A stretch of 64,000 bases of DNA, taken from Octopus sinensis (Eukaryota). Where the stretch lies: positions 46,996,001 to 47,060,000 of the forward strand of contig NC_043010.1 in assembly GCF_006345805.1 (NCBI RefSeq), read 5' to 3'. The notes beneath the pieces are model-generated. The model ran no database searches. It was not told the DNA's origin and saw only the letters and a program-made list of their open reading frames with translations. Within the stretch, counting starts at the first letter, position 1, and each line of letters starts with the position of its first letter. Shown in pieces: positions 50,573 through 62,545 of the stretch. Both the position numbers and the translations under genes were made by a program.

Positions 50573-51097
50573 ATGTATAGGATGGATTCAGCTATCAGCC
50601 AACTCCAAGTAGTTTTCCTCTGTCTATTGGCTATGATGAAAGAGGTTGTATGATGGATGAAACTGAAAGGACTGAAAACAAGCACTTTCCTCTTTAGCCA
50701 AGATCTCGTTGACTTTTTATAAGTCAATTTGAAAAGGAAGGTGAAGGATGTGCTGCCTCCAGGTAAATTTGTTAAAAGACAGGTGAATATGGCAAGGATG
50801 GCTCAAGTGAGTGGACCTTTTCTAAGCCAGCATCTGTAGGTTGGGGAATACAGAGGAAAGAGGAGCACTTGTCATGGTACACTTGATGAGTAGAATGGGT
50901 TGGAATCTTTTGGGTTCCTTAGTTGCCTTTGGGTGGTGTTATCCCAATGGGGTTTTTTTGTCAAGATTTCTTTGCAAGCTGTTATTGTTTTCCTTATTTA
51001 CACATTTCTTTGTAATTCATCACTATCTTTTGCTTTCATGTTACCCTAAATTTTTTTTTGTCCTTGTGGCCAGTAAAGAAAAGATTATTGCTAATCT

Positions 51098-51493
51098 CTT
51101 TTACTTGTTTCCGTCATTTGACTGTGGCCATGCTGGAGCACCACCTTTAGTCAAGCAAATCGACCCCAGGACTTATTCTTTGTAAGCCTAGTACTTATTC
51201 TATTGGTCTCTTTGCTGTCTCTAAGTGACAGGGATGTAAACACACCAGCATCGGTTGTCAAGTGATGTTGGGGGGACAAACACAAACACACAAACATACA
51301 CACACACACACATACATATATATACATATATACGACAGGCTTCTTTCAGTTTCCATCTGCCAAATCTACTCACAAGGCTTTGGTCGGCCCGAGACTATAG
51401 TAAAAGACACTTGCCTAAGGTGCCATGCAGTGGGACTGAACCCGGAAGCATGTGGTTCGTTGGCAAGCTACTTACCATGCAACCACTCCTGCG
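51098..51493 (-). repeat. tRNA-derived SINE, full-length
   Basis: Same family as 13087-13448. Confidence 0.8.
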
Positions 51494-52243
51494 TTAATGT
51501 TAATGTTAATGAAATTGTGTTTGCTCTTGGATTTTGCTCCTAATCTAGCATGGTTAGAGCGATAATGCCAAGTTGTTCAAAAATAAATGGCAAAGTACTT
51601 CAAATTCTCCCTTTCAATTTCAACATGAGGTTTCTGAGTCTGCATATGTCATAGGGATTATAATTGCACAGTAAACAGTATCTATCAGTTATAAGCAGCA
51701 AAGCAGGTAAAAAAAAATATGTATGAACACATGTTAGTGTGTAAGAAACAGACTGAAGATAAATCAACAACACATGCCTCCAGCAGATTACATGTTTAAA
51801 AAAAGGTCTATATAATTTATAGTATGCTATTTCATGCATGTATATACTACTGCAAAACAGAAGGTGAGCAGCTACTGAACAGATAAGCAGATTTATTTAG
51901 ATAAAAATAACTGATAAGTCTCAAGGGGTATTTGCTTATCTTATGCTGAGGTTTTCTTTTTATAAGATTTTGTTTAAAATATATCTATGTAATCTATTTT
52001 AAGTATATGGTGATAATAATAATAATAATCCTTTCTGCTATAGGCACAAAGCCTGAAATTTTGAGGGAGAGGATGAGTCAATTACATTGACCCCAATACA
52101 TAACTGGTACTTATTTTATCGACCCTGAAAGGATGAAAGACAAAGTCAACCTTGGTGGCATTTGAATTCAGAACATAAGGATGGATGAAATGTCACTAAT
52201 TATCATCATCATCGTCATTGCCATGATGATGATGATGATGATG

Positions 52244-52271
<28 letters not shown>

Positions 52272-52274
<3 letters not shown>

Positions 52275-53623
52275 GAAAAGCACCCAGAGAGTGCAGACCT
52301 CTGCCAAGCAGCTCATTTCTACCTGTATACATGCATGCTGAAAATCACCCAATTTCCCAAACCAACGCTGGCAAATCCCATACTTATCTCGACCATCATC
52401 ATCATCAACACTGTCTCGTCTTTCACCACAATCACTGTCAAGACTACGATCACCACAATCAGTTTCTTTACATAGTTGAAAATCCATTATTTGATACTCA
52501 CGGGTCTGAAATTGTTGCAGACTTTTGATTTTTCTAATTTCGGAGTGCTTTATTAAAATAAATTTTTAAAATTTCATCTACAAAACAGAACAGTTTGAGG
52601 ATAGAAACCAGGTATAAACACAATAGCTTATAGACATACTCTGAATGTAGTTCTGTATAAATCTTTAATAATTTTTTTTATACTTAAGACCATCAGAAAT
52701 GTTAAGATATCAGCCTCTACCCATGTTGTCATGCTTTGATTAAAAGGTTACAGCATAGATTAGATTACTTAGATAAGTTTCAGCTGAAGTTGACTCAGGC
52801 CATGTCTAATTTAATAGTACCACTTGGAAGAGATACACAGTCAGCTCTGAGGAACTGTAGCCCATTCAAGTAGAGGGCTATTGTTTTCAGAGACATATCT
52901 GGGTGTGGGTGGTTTATCTGGTATTTGTTGGGGTTAATCATCTAGGGATCGTTTGAATGCTGTGAAGTCACTTTCCTCCTTTATGTGTGTCTGGCACACT
53001 GTTGAAGAGAGCAGGGCCAATTGAGGTGAAATAGTTCTGTCATGGTGTTGTGATATGACACAAACATTTCTGTTGTGGATGGATGGCACGGGGGCCAAGC
53101 CTCGGATGAATTTTAAAGATGGGCAATATTGATGGAATATTTTCCACATCATACAGATGATATAGAGCTCACAGCGGCGGTGGAGGGAGCAAAGCCTGAG
53201 CTTTTTGAATTGATCACAATAGTCAAGGCTTGTCATGTCATCCTCTGCAGACCTCTGCCAAGCAGCTCATTTTAAGATAGATACACGAGTAAAATTAATA
53301 ATAGAGAAACAAAAATAAACTTTGGAAACAGCAACGCCATCTTAGGTTATATGGAAACGATCAACGTGTTTTCAAGTGAGATAATAAAAGAACGTAACAT
53401 TGTAATACTTCATGTAAAGTAAATATAACAAATGAAAAATCCTTCAAGAATCCATAAAAATTCCTGGATCACTACCAAAATTTCATCATCTGTTCCTTGT
53501 GTCATTACCAACTTTTCCTGCAAGTTTCAATAAATACCGTTCACAACTTTTTGAGTTATTTTACACACAGACGGACAAACCAATGCCAATGAAAACATAA
53601 CCTCCTGCCTTAGCAGAGGTAAT
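52272..53623. mobile_element. Helentron/HINE-like non-autonomous element interrupted by an insertion
   Basis: Terminus tagaaaagcacccagagagtgcagacctctgccaag; opposite end aaaacataacctcc...cttagcagaggt gives the subterminal inverted repeat acctctgc(c/t)aag. Family assignment is from recalled resemblance only. Confidence 0.5.
52755..53245 (-). mobile_element. LINE 3' fragment
   Basis: ORF MTSLDYCDQFKKLRLCSLHRRCELYIICMMWKI resembles LINE C-termini (L.Y..RLKKL.LYSL.RRRERY.II..WKI); ends in a ctaatctaatcta tail. Confidence 0.65.
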
Positions 53624-54799
53624 TATAATAATAATAATAATAATAACAATAATATCCTTTCTACTAATAATAATAACAATGAAAACTGAAGTAAAGATGG
53701 TATGACATTGATGACAAAGTAATCATTTATTTAATCATTTATTTTTATAGACCAGTGATAACAAAGGTATGACACCTGCATCTGGTGACATGCCAAAGGT
53801 TTTTAGGTGATGCATGATGAACTTTGAAAGCGTTTTCCTTGTAATGTTATGTTAAGTATTAACCTAAAGAACTAAGATATATGTGACACTTTAATAACAG
53901 GATTACTACTCTTGTTTCAGTCATTGAACAGCAATCATGCTAGGGGCAGTTCTTTGAAGGGTTTAGCTCATTATATTATCAACTCCAGTATTTATTTTAA
54001 AATCGGGTACTTATTCTAGTGGTTGGTTTCTTTTAGCAAAACTTTTAAGTTTTGGAGACATAAACAAACCAACAGAAGTTGTCAAGTGATGGAAAACAGA
54101 TGTGCACAGATGCATATGAGTGTACACACTGTTTCTGTCTACCAATTTCATAAGTCCAGGGCTATGGTGCAAGATATTTGCCCATTAATGCTAGAAGTAG
54201 AAAGTAATAACAAAGTTGCATTTTTATAATAATTTCAAATTTTGACACAGGGCCAGCAATTTCAGAAATGGGGATAAGTTAGCTGGTATTTTTTTTATTG
54301 ACCCCCAAAAGGATGAAAGCCAAAGTCAACCCTGGTGGAATTTGAACTCAGAATGTAAAGACAGGCAAACTACTGCTAAGCGTTTCATCCAGCTTGCTAG
54401 CAATTCTGTCAGCTTACCATCTTATATAATAATAATGATAATAATAATAACCATGGGCAAGTGTCTTCTGCTATAGCTTCGGGCCGACCAAAGCCTTGTG
54501 AGTGGATTTGGTAGACGGAAACTGAAAGAAGCCCGTTGTATATATATATGTGTATGGTTGTGTGTTGTATTTGCCCCCTCCCCCAACATCGCTTGACAAC
54601 CAATGCTGGTGTGTTTACGTCCCCGTAACTTAGCAGTTCAGCAAAAGAGACTGATAGAATAAGTACTAGGCTTACAAAGAATAAGTCCTGGAGTCGATTT
54701 CCTCGACTAAAGGCGGTGCTCCAGCATGGCCACAGTCAAATGACTGAAACAAGTAAATGAATAAAAAATTAATAATAATAAGGATCATAATAATAATCC

Positions 54800-55330
54800 T
54801 GCATCATGCCATGATGCAGTACCAGGCAATGGCTTTCATGGTTTCTCATCTTAACTGGTTGGAAGTGTTATCATGTACATTGTTTTGTCTTGGTATAAAA
54901 GATGGGCTACAGTAAATATTCTGCTCAATACCACAGATTTGCTTGTCAGTTGTTTGACCATAACCAGTTGAGCATGTCCCTTACTGGCTGACAATATGTG
55001 CGTCTCTGATTACGAGCAGAAGTAGTGAGGGAATATCATAGCCAAGTTTGAGAGGAATTCTTTAGGATTTGGATAATTAATTTTTGGAATCATGGGTGTT
55101 TCGTTCAACATCCTTAACCCTTATTCAGGGATCTTTTGAGCAGGATGGGCTACTTGACCTGAAGAAAATTCTAACTGGGCCCCACCTGCAAGGTCATGCG
55201 CTGTTTATCTTGATATGAGATCATCATGTTGTGCACATATGGTTGTGATGTATGTACCTGGTGCACCCTTATCAGACAAGTAGTCATGATGGGTATACTG
55301 GGTTTCGTATATTTTACCCCAGTGTCACTT
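54800..55330 (-). repeat. Interspersed repeat of about 530 bp, unclassified family
   Basis: Reverse complement of the 48805-49128 and 6563-6690 sequences. Confidence 0.7.
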
Positions 55331-55846
55331 TGATGGCATGCACTGCTCTCATCATCATCATCATCATCGTTTAACGTCCGTTTTCCGCGCTAGCACGGGT
55401 TGGACGGTTTCGACCGGGGTCTGGGGAGCTAGGGACTGCCCCAGGCTCCAGTCTAGTCTGGCAGAGTTTCTACAGCTGGATGCCCTTCCTAACGCCAACC
55501 ACTCCGCGAGTGTAGTGGGTGTTTTTTACGTGCCACCTGCACAGGTGCCAGAGGGGTCTGGCATCGTCCACGTTCGGATGGTGCTTTTTATGTGGGGGGG
55601 TGGTGCAGAAATATAGGGGAGCACCAGTGGGGAGGGGTGGTTCAGAGAAATGATAACAGGTTCTAGGCAAGTAGAACGTAGGATATCAAGAGAGGGGTAA
55701 TGCATGGTGAAATAGCGTATTGAAGAGGGGGGTTCGAAGAGTAGACACCTATTATGGTGGTGGGAGAAGCGACATCCGGTATGGATGGAGCAAAAATATA
55801 GAGATATCCGGTATTGGTGGTGGGGGTGGGCAGGGCGGGTGCACCG

Positions 55847-56303
55847 CGAATACACGATGGTTGATGAATACACGAGAGGCGAGATGGATAATGGATAAAT
55901 TAGTTAAAATAATTAGATAGATATAGAAATTAGTTAAAAATAGTTAGATAGATAAGAAAGCATGTATGATTGATGGAGAAGTGAAAATAAATAAGCATTC
56001 AACTTATCTGCTAGATGAATGAATGAATGAAAGAGCAAAAGTTTGGGGCTGCGTTTTTTAAGTAAAGCTTGTCCGGAAGAAGAAGGCACGAATACACGAT
56101 GGTTGATGAATACATGAGAGGCGAGATGGATAATGGATAAATTAGTTAAAATAATTAGATAGATATAGAAATTAGTTAAAAATAGTTAGATAGATAAGAA
56201 AGCATGTATGATTGATGGAGAAGTGAAAATAAATAAGCATTCAACTTATCTGCTAGATGAATGAATGAATGAAAGAGCAAAAGTTTGGGGCTGCGTTTTT
56301 TAA
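55847..56303. repeat. 215-bp direct duplication with a 27-bp spacer
   Basis: 55847-56061 and 56089-56303 are identical apart from one visible C/T difference. Confidence 0.9.
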
Positions 56304-57249
56304 TAATAATAACAATTATAATAATAAGGGTTTCAAATTTTGACACAGGGCCAACAGTTATGAGGGAGGGGTAAATCAATTACATCAACCCCAGTGCTTC
56401 ACTGGTACTTATTTTATTGACCCTGAAAGGATAATTGTTCTTAAAGCAGTGGAATGACAGATATGGAAGAATGCCAGGCTAAATCCATATTGTAATTTTG
56501 TTTATAATCTACTTGAATGACTAACTCAACCAACTCTATATTTTACCTTCTGAGATGTGTTGAATAAATACCAGTGATATACTGGTGCTAATTCTATCAT
56601 CCCCTGTAAAAAGTGACCTTGTGATGATGCTCAATGAAGAAGGAAAGGAAAAAAAGATAAGAAAATTGCACATTCCGTGAATTTCTTCCAGATTGTAATT
56701 ATTTTCTGTCTGTAAGAAATGTTTTGCTTCATAAGATGTTTAATTAATATTTCTCGGGTTATGTCCTACTACTTATTTCTAAAAAGAATGAAATAATGCT
56801 ATACACGATTATCACTGACTAGAAATTTTAAGAATTTGTAATATAAGTAAGCAACAAAACAAAAAAGAAAAGAAATATTTCTTCTATGTATCTTCTTCAT
56901 TCCTTACTTTCAGATTTACCAGTTATTATGAGGAAATGATTATCTCTCTTGCACTAACTGTCTGCTTGGAGACACCATACGTTATCAAAAAAAGAAATTG
57001 TTAAAATATGGTGACAGTTAAGGTGTCCAATCTCAAATCTTTCTAACTCCATAATTTTTAGAAATAACTGGCCCTCGTGCCGGTGGCACGTAAAAGCACA
57101 CACTACACTCTCGGAGTGGTTGGCATTAGGAAGGGCATCCAGCTGTAGAAACTCTGCCAGATCAGATTGGAGCCTGGGGCAGCTATCTGGTTCGCCAGTC
57201 CTCAGTCAAATCGTCCAACCCATGCTAGCATGGAAAGCAGACGTTGAAG

Positions 57250-57263
57250 GAGGAGGAGGATGA

Positions 57264-57297
<34 letters not shown>

Positions 57298-57395
57298 GGT
57301 GGTGGTGGTGGTGGTGGTGGTGGTGGTTGTGGTGGTGGTGGTGGTGGTGGTGGTGGTGGTGTGGTGGTGGTGGTGGTGATGATGATGATGATGAT
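57250..57395. repeat. (GAT)n/(GGT)n trinucleotide microsatellite, tail of a SINE-like repeat
   Basis: Direct inspection. Confidence 0.9.
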
Positions 57396-58049
57396 GCTAC
57401 CATTATTATTTATGTTTTAATGTCACTGTCTGATTAATTTTCAGCTGATTTCAATTCCAGGTGAAGTCAATTTAAAAATAAGAACCACATACTTAATTTA
57501 TAGTATACTGGTTCAATTCAGTTCACCTTTAAAAAATTGATATTAACTGTTTAAGATCAAGTATAAATAGTCAGTCTTTTCATGCAGGACACACACACAA
57601 AAAAAAAAGAAAAATACAAGATGATGATAATCAATCAAATAGCTTATAATGCAAATATGGCTTATGTACAACACCTGTCTTCAGAATTTAGCAGTGTTTC
57701 AATAAACCACACCTGTCTTCTGCAGAAGAAAGTATGTTGTGTCAATAGACCACACCCAGCCTTAAAAGGTTAAAGCTAAATAAAACGAAAACTATATTAC
57801 AATGGAGATAACTGCAACAGAGAAGTGTATGATTAAAACCTTTTGCCATATTTAATATATTCCCTCTTGGCTCAAAGCATACAGTTGTTAAATTTGACTT
57901 CCTTTATTCCAGCATTGATACAATAAGTATCTGTTATATCCTGTGATCAAAGATTGGTCTTGTACATTTGCCAGAAATAATTTGCTCTTTTACATATTTT
58001 CATAATACAGTTTCTGTATATGTCACCTTAGTGTCATACACTAATACAT

Positions 58050-58299
58050 TGTGATATATAGTACCACGGTTGGGGTAGAGATCAATTGTCTCCACATGAT
58101 GTATTTCCAAATACTCTGCCAACAACTGTAACCAATCCAAAATATCTCTCAATGAACTATAACAACTTCTCAACAATTTCCTGTGACTCCACAAACTCAC
58201 AAACAACACCTTTCGACTTGCTGCGATTTCTCATCTCTTGCTCTTAGTCAAACACACTGCTACTTATATGAGTTCACCTAGTCCATTCTCACCATAACA
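58050..58299 (-). mobile_element. Probable 3' LTR (250 bp) of an LTR retrotransposon with adjacent polypurine tract
   Basis: Minus strand starts TGTTAT and ends ATCACA; immediately preceded by AAAAGGGGAGA (58300-58310); internal TATAA-like and AATACA motifs. No second LTR in the window. Confidence 0.5.
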
Positions 58300-58589
58300 T
58301 CTCCCCTTTTGAGATTTAACTTCTGTAGGAAGTGCAACTTGTTTATTTAATTTTATTGTTTTTTTTTTTTCATCATCACCTCTTCTCTTTCTGAGATTTT
58401 AATTTCCTCAGAAATTTTAATACTTCTTTCACTTAGGGACTATTTCTAGTCATTCTGTGTCCTTACACTGTGAACAATATTTACCGTCACTTAAATGTGG
58501 ATGTTCTGTTGGAACAAACTTTAATAATAATAATAATAATTGTATACAGTGCTCAGGTGCACTACAACTCATCTAAAGTGTATATATAA

Positions 58590-61416
58590 TCAGGTGTAGT
58601 TTCGGCGGATTTCGGAAAGCATGAGGGCCTTAAAGGATGCAGTGTCATGGCAGTCAACAACTGACGCAGGCAGTTTATTCTATGCTTCAGCAACTCTGAG
58701 CGTGAAAAAATGTTTCCGAAAGTCATGGGAGCTGTGTTATTTTCTGACTTTGTAGGCATGTCCATGTGTGTTAGACACATGGAGATCAAAAGGTGTTCAG
58801 TGTTGTTGTTGGTGAGGTGGTTGATAACCTTGTGGGTGTTTACCAAGTCCGTCGCCAGACGCCGGAGCTTCAGTGAATCCATGCCCAGGGAAAAAGGGCG
58901 CTCAGAATATGGTAGGTGTCTGATGGAGGGTATGCGTTTGGTTGCACGTCTCTGGACAGATTCCAGGAGGTCAATGTTCTGAGCAAGATAGGGATTCCAA
59001 ACTGATGATGCGAATTCCAAGTGTGGTTGTACCATAGCTGTATACAGTTTTAAATAGATGGCTGGAGAGCGGCTAACAAAAGTCTTGCTGAGTGATGCCA
59101 AGACACCCTCGGCTTTCTTGACAATTTTAGAGATATGCTTTGTCCAACGCAAATCTCTGCTGACAGTGATGCCTAGGTCACGCTCGCAAGAGGATTTCTT
59201 GATATCAGTGTTGTGGAGGGAGTATGTGGACGCAGGGTTTTTTCTCCCAAAATGCATGGTGGTACACTTGTCCACAGCCAGTTTCAGTTGCCAGTCTGTG
59301 ATCCATTGCTGCATTGTGTCTAGGTCTGATTGCAGGAAAGAGTTGTAGACATCAGGATCAGTCCTCTTGATTTCAAGGTACAGCTTGATGTCGTCTGCAT
59401 ATTTCAATACTGTGGCATTCTTTAAATTGGCATCTATGTCATTAATGTATGCCACAACAGGAGGGGACCAAGGACAGATCCCTGTGGTACACCCGATGAC
59501 ATCTCATATGGTGTAGAGTGCTGTCCTAGAACTGTGACTACCTCCTTTCGGCTGAGGATGAAGGATTTCAACCAGTTTAAAAGGTCATCCCCCACACCCA
59601 TTGCAGAGAGTTTCACCATAAGCCTTTTGTGTGGCACAGAGTTGAAAGCCTTAGCAAAGTCAAGGTAGACAACATCCACCCATGAGCCACTGTCAGTGAT
59701 CTGAGTAATGTCCTCAAGGAACTCGACAAGCTGGTCACTGCAGCTGGAGTTAGGGACAAATCCATATTGTGAGGGTCGGATGAGACTGTGAGAGCTCCAG
59801 AAGTTCCAGGGTTTCTCTGACACACGATTCCATCAGTTTTGCAATACAGCTAGTGAGACTGACTGGGCGATAGTTGACAGGTGATATGCGGTCACCCTTT
59901 TTGAATAGAGGAATGACACTGGCAGTTTTCCACTGCTCCGGAGTAGCACCATTGTTGAGACAGTACTGGAAGAAAATAGAAAGCTGGTGTAAAAGGAAGT
60001 GCCTGCCACGTTTGAGAAGCAGGTATGTAACTCCATCGAGACCAGGGGAGGCATAGTTGCGCTTATTTTGAAGGTGACGTCGCAGCATTGCAGGTGTAAA
60101 TTCCATAGTTGTTATGGAGTTTGCTGTTAGTGATGGTGAAGATGGTACATTTTGACTTTCAACAGTGAATATGTTTGCATAGCACTCGGCAATGAGTTCT
60201 GCGCATTCCTTGGGGTCGTCAGTGATCTGGTTTGTGTGAGGGTTGCGAAGAGGGCCCACTGGAGAGTGAGGTCTCTGCTTTGAATGCATATATTTCCAGA
60301 AAACCTTGCTGTCAGGATTGGCTGCTATGCACTGTTCAAATTCAAGCACTGCTTTTTTGTCACTTGCTTGAGATGGTTGGAGGATTTATTCCGCTTCTTC
60401 CTGTTGGTGTCTGATTTATGCAACTTGTATTCCTGTTCAGCAGTCCGACGTTCCTTCCTGGCAAGTCGGACCGCTGAAGTTTCCCAAATTGCCCTTTTGG
60501 GGCGGTTCTTCTTTTTTTGTTTACGTGGCACTGATGCTGCACATGCTGCCCATATTGAGTCCAGGATACTCTGGAGTATAGTATTCACATCTCCAGAGTT
60601 GTAGAATTCACGCCAGTTTGGGTGCTGTAGTTCAGTGTGGTACAGGTTCCAATCTGCTCTCTTCCAATCGAAGGAAGCAGATTGGAGATGGTTCAGGTGT
60701 TTGTTGCCCGCAAGAGCCAGATTGGCGATGATCATAGCATGATCAGAGTCACCTAGAGGTTCCTCCGTAGTGCAATTGATAACCGCTTCAGGAGTTGTGG
60801 TGAAGAGCAGGTCCAAGGTGTTGTCGCCTCTTGTTGGAGAGGTGACTACTTGTGACCAGTTTGAGTCCAGCACAAGCTCAACAAAATCGTTTGCACTCTG
60901 TGGCCAATGGAAGGTTTCCCAATCGATCTCAGGATGATTGAAATCGCCTGCAATAAACACATAAGTGGCTGTTTTCCTGGCAGCAGCTCGGAGGATGTTG
61001 CAAAGCTGTGTGTCCTGATGGTAATTTGGAGGACGATAAACAACGCCAAGCAGGAGTGTTGACATGGTCATATGTACGTCACAGAAAAAAACTTCTTCTT
61101 GTGATTCGTTCAAATCGGCACAAGGAATTACCAAAAAATTTGAACGAACGTAGACCATCACACCACCACCACGGCGGTTAGTGCGGTCCTTACGGAAGAG
61201 GTTGTACCCCGTGATGTTGAAAACCCCATCACAGAGTAAGGAATGCGCCCATGTTTCCGTGACAGTGATGAAGTCAGGGTCAATACTTCTGACATAGGCG
61301 TTGAACAAATGTATTTTGTTGCATAAACTGCGAGCATTTAAGGACAACAATTTGTACCCTGCTTGCAGTTTATGATGGTGTGTAGAGGATGGCAGGTTGT
61401 CCTGGCTTAGTTTCCC
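58590..61416 (-). pseudogene. CR1 ORF2: APE endonuclease plus reverse transcriptase, frameshifted
   Basis: APE motifs NARSL, ITETW, GDFNHP, LDL and SDH; RT motifs YRPVSLTS, YLDFAKAF, GVPQGSVLGP and YADD. Frameshifts at about 60355, 59810, 59456 and 58790; TAG at 58680-58682; natural stop at 58590-58592. Confidence 0.92.
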
Positions 61417-62102
61417 TGAGTTGCTGTAGTCTTTTTAGTTATTGTGGGTAGAGAGCACTCAGACCAGCTGGTATCTCTCTTCCACGTTTCATCAGTCTTG
61501 ACAAATCTCCAGATTTGTCCATCTTCCCGAAGACTGAAGCTTTCCTGTAGAGCTGAGTTCCTATTCAGGGAAGCCGCTACACGTAGCTTCGGACGTACAT
61601 CGGACGGTAAGCCTGGGCGTGTTCGGAAGGTGATCCGATTTTCACGCCCAGCTTTAACTGAGGCCAGATGGTAAGAGGTTGCCTCAGTGTGGTCCGAAAA
61701 AGACAGCTTGATGAGCCTAGGTTTTGGGCCAGGTCGTCCAAGGTGGATAGCACCCGTTGGGGGAACGCAGCCTAGGTCTTTGGCTGAGTTGGCAGCAAAT
61801 GCCTGAAGATCAGCCATGTCTTCTGGCACCCCAATGGCAATGACTTCATGGGTAGCAGAATCCGCGGTCTTAGATGCGACAAGAGGTACAGGTACAGGGA
61901 GGTCCTTTAGCAGAGCATTCCGATAAGACCCCTCATTGTGGAGTCCAACCTGAATGGTTGCTTTTATTCCTGCTACTTCCCCTCTTAAAGCACAGATCGA
62001 TTGTTGCAGTTCTGCAAGAACCGCACTGGTCAATTGGTGTTGTTGTTGTTGCTGCTGTTGTTGTTGATGTTGTTGTTGCTGCTGCTCTGGTTGTGGTTGA
62101 TT

Positions 62103-62134
<32 letters not shown>

Positions 62135-62337
62135 CTGGTTGTGGTTGATTTTGTTGTTGCTGCTGTTGTTGTTGTTGCTGCTGCTGCTGCTCTAGTTGTG
62201 GTTGATTTTGTTGATGCTGCTGTTGCTGTTCCGCCTCCTCCACGGGAGTGGCAGGGGGAGACACAATCGTCGGTTGTGGAGGCACGCAGGCCTGACACTG
62301 AAAAGTCCAAGATTTAAGCTGAACCATCTTCCAGAGT
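61407..62337 (-). CDS. CR1 ORF1 (truncated): PHD C-terminal remnant, polyQ tract, coiled coil, RRM-like region
   Basis: WTFQCQAC; Q-rich repeats; LAELQQSICALRGEVAGIK; SYRNALL; VIAIGVPED...LGRPGPKPRLIKLSF. The track's MRVSLISTA start derives from flanking host sequence. Confidence 0.75.
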
Positions 62338-62545
62338 CTTGCAGTAGATATGAGAGAAACTCTCATACTGGCTTTTTATCTTCCTGCTAGCGATATAAAC
62401 AAGAGTGCATTTTGCACAAAATGCTAATATGAGAGTCTCTCTCATGGTATCTACTTCAGTATAGTCTGTTCTAATAGAACATCCACGTTTAAGTGGGGAT
62501 ACATATTACCTCTTGGTATTAATATTGCCTCTGTTGCTAATATAT

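Larger units (their letters stand above)
58522..62337 (-). mobile_element. CR1-clade LINE, 5'-truncated within ORF1, ORF2 with four frameshifts
   Basis: ORF1, APE and RT in order; 3' stem-loop GTGC-acctga-GCAC and (ATT)n tail; possible 3-bp TSD ctt at 58519-58521 and 62338-62340. Confidence 0.92.

Noticed and set aside
57206-57403. Poly-His ORF, and the poly-Leu/Pro ORF at 63544-63801
   Set aside because: Trinucleotide repeats with no coding context.
61444-62390. Plus-strand and alternate-frame ORFs over CR1 ORF1 (poly-V/A/L/T)
   Set aside because: Alternative readings of the CAG/CAA repeat.
58476-62507. Composite DNA transposon with TIRs carrying a LINE-like RT
   Set aside because: The inverted repeats are better explained as two arms of a pre-existing hairpin split by a CR1 with a normal 3' tail and 5' truncation; no transposase or outer TSD was seen.
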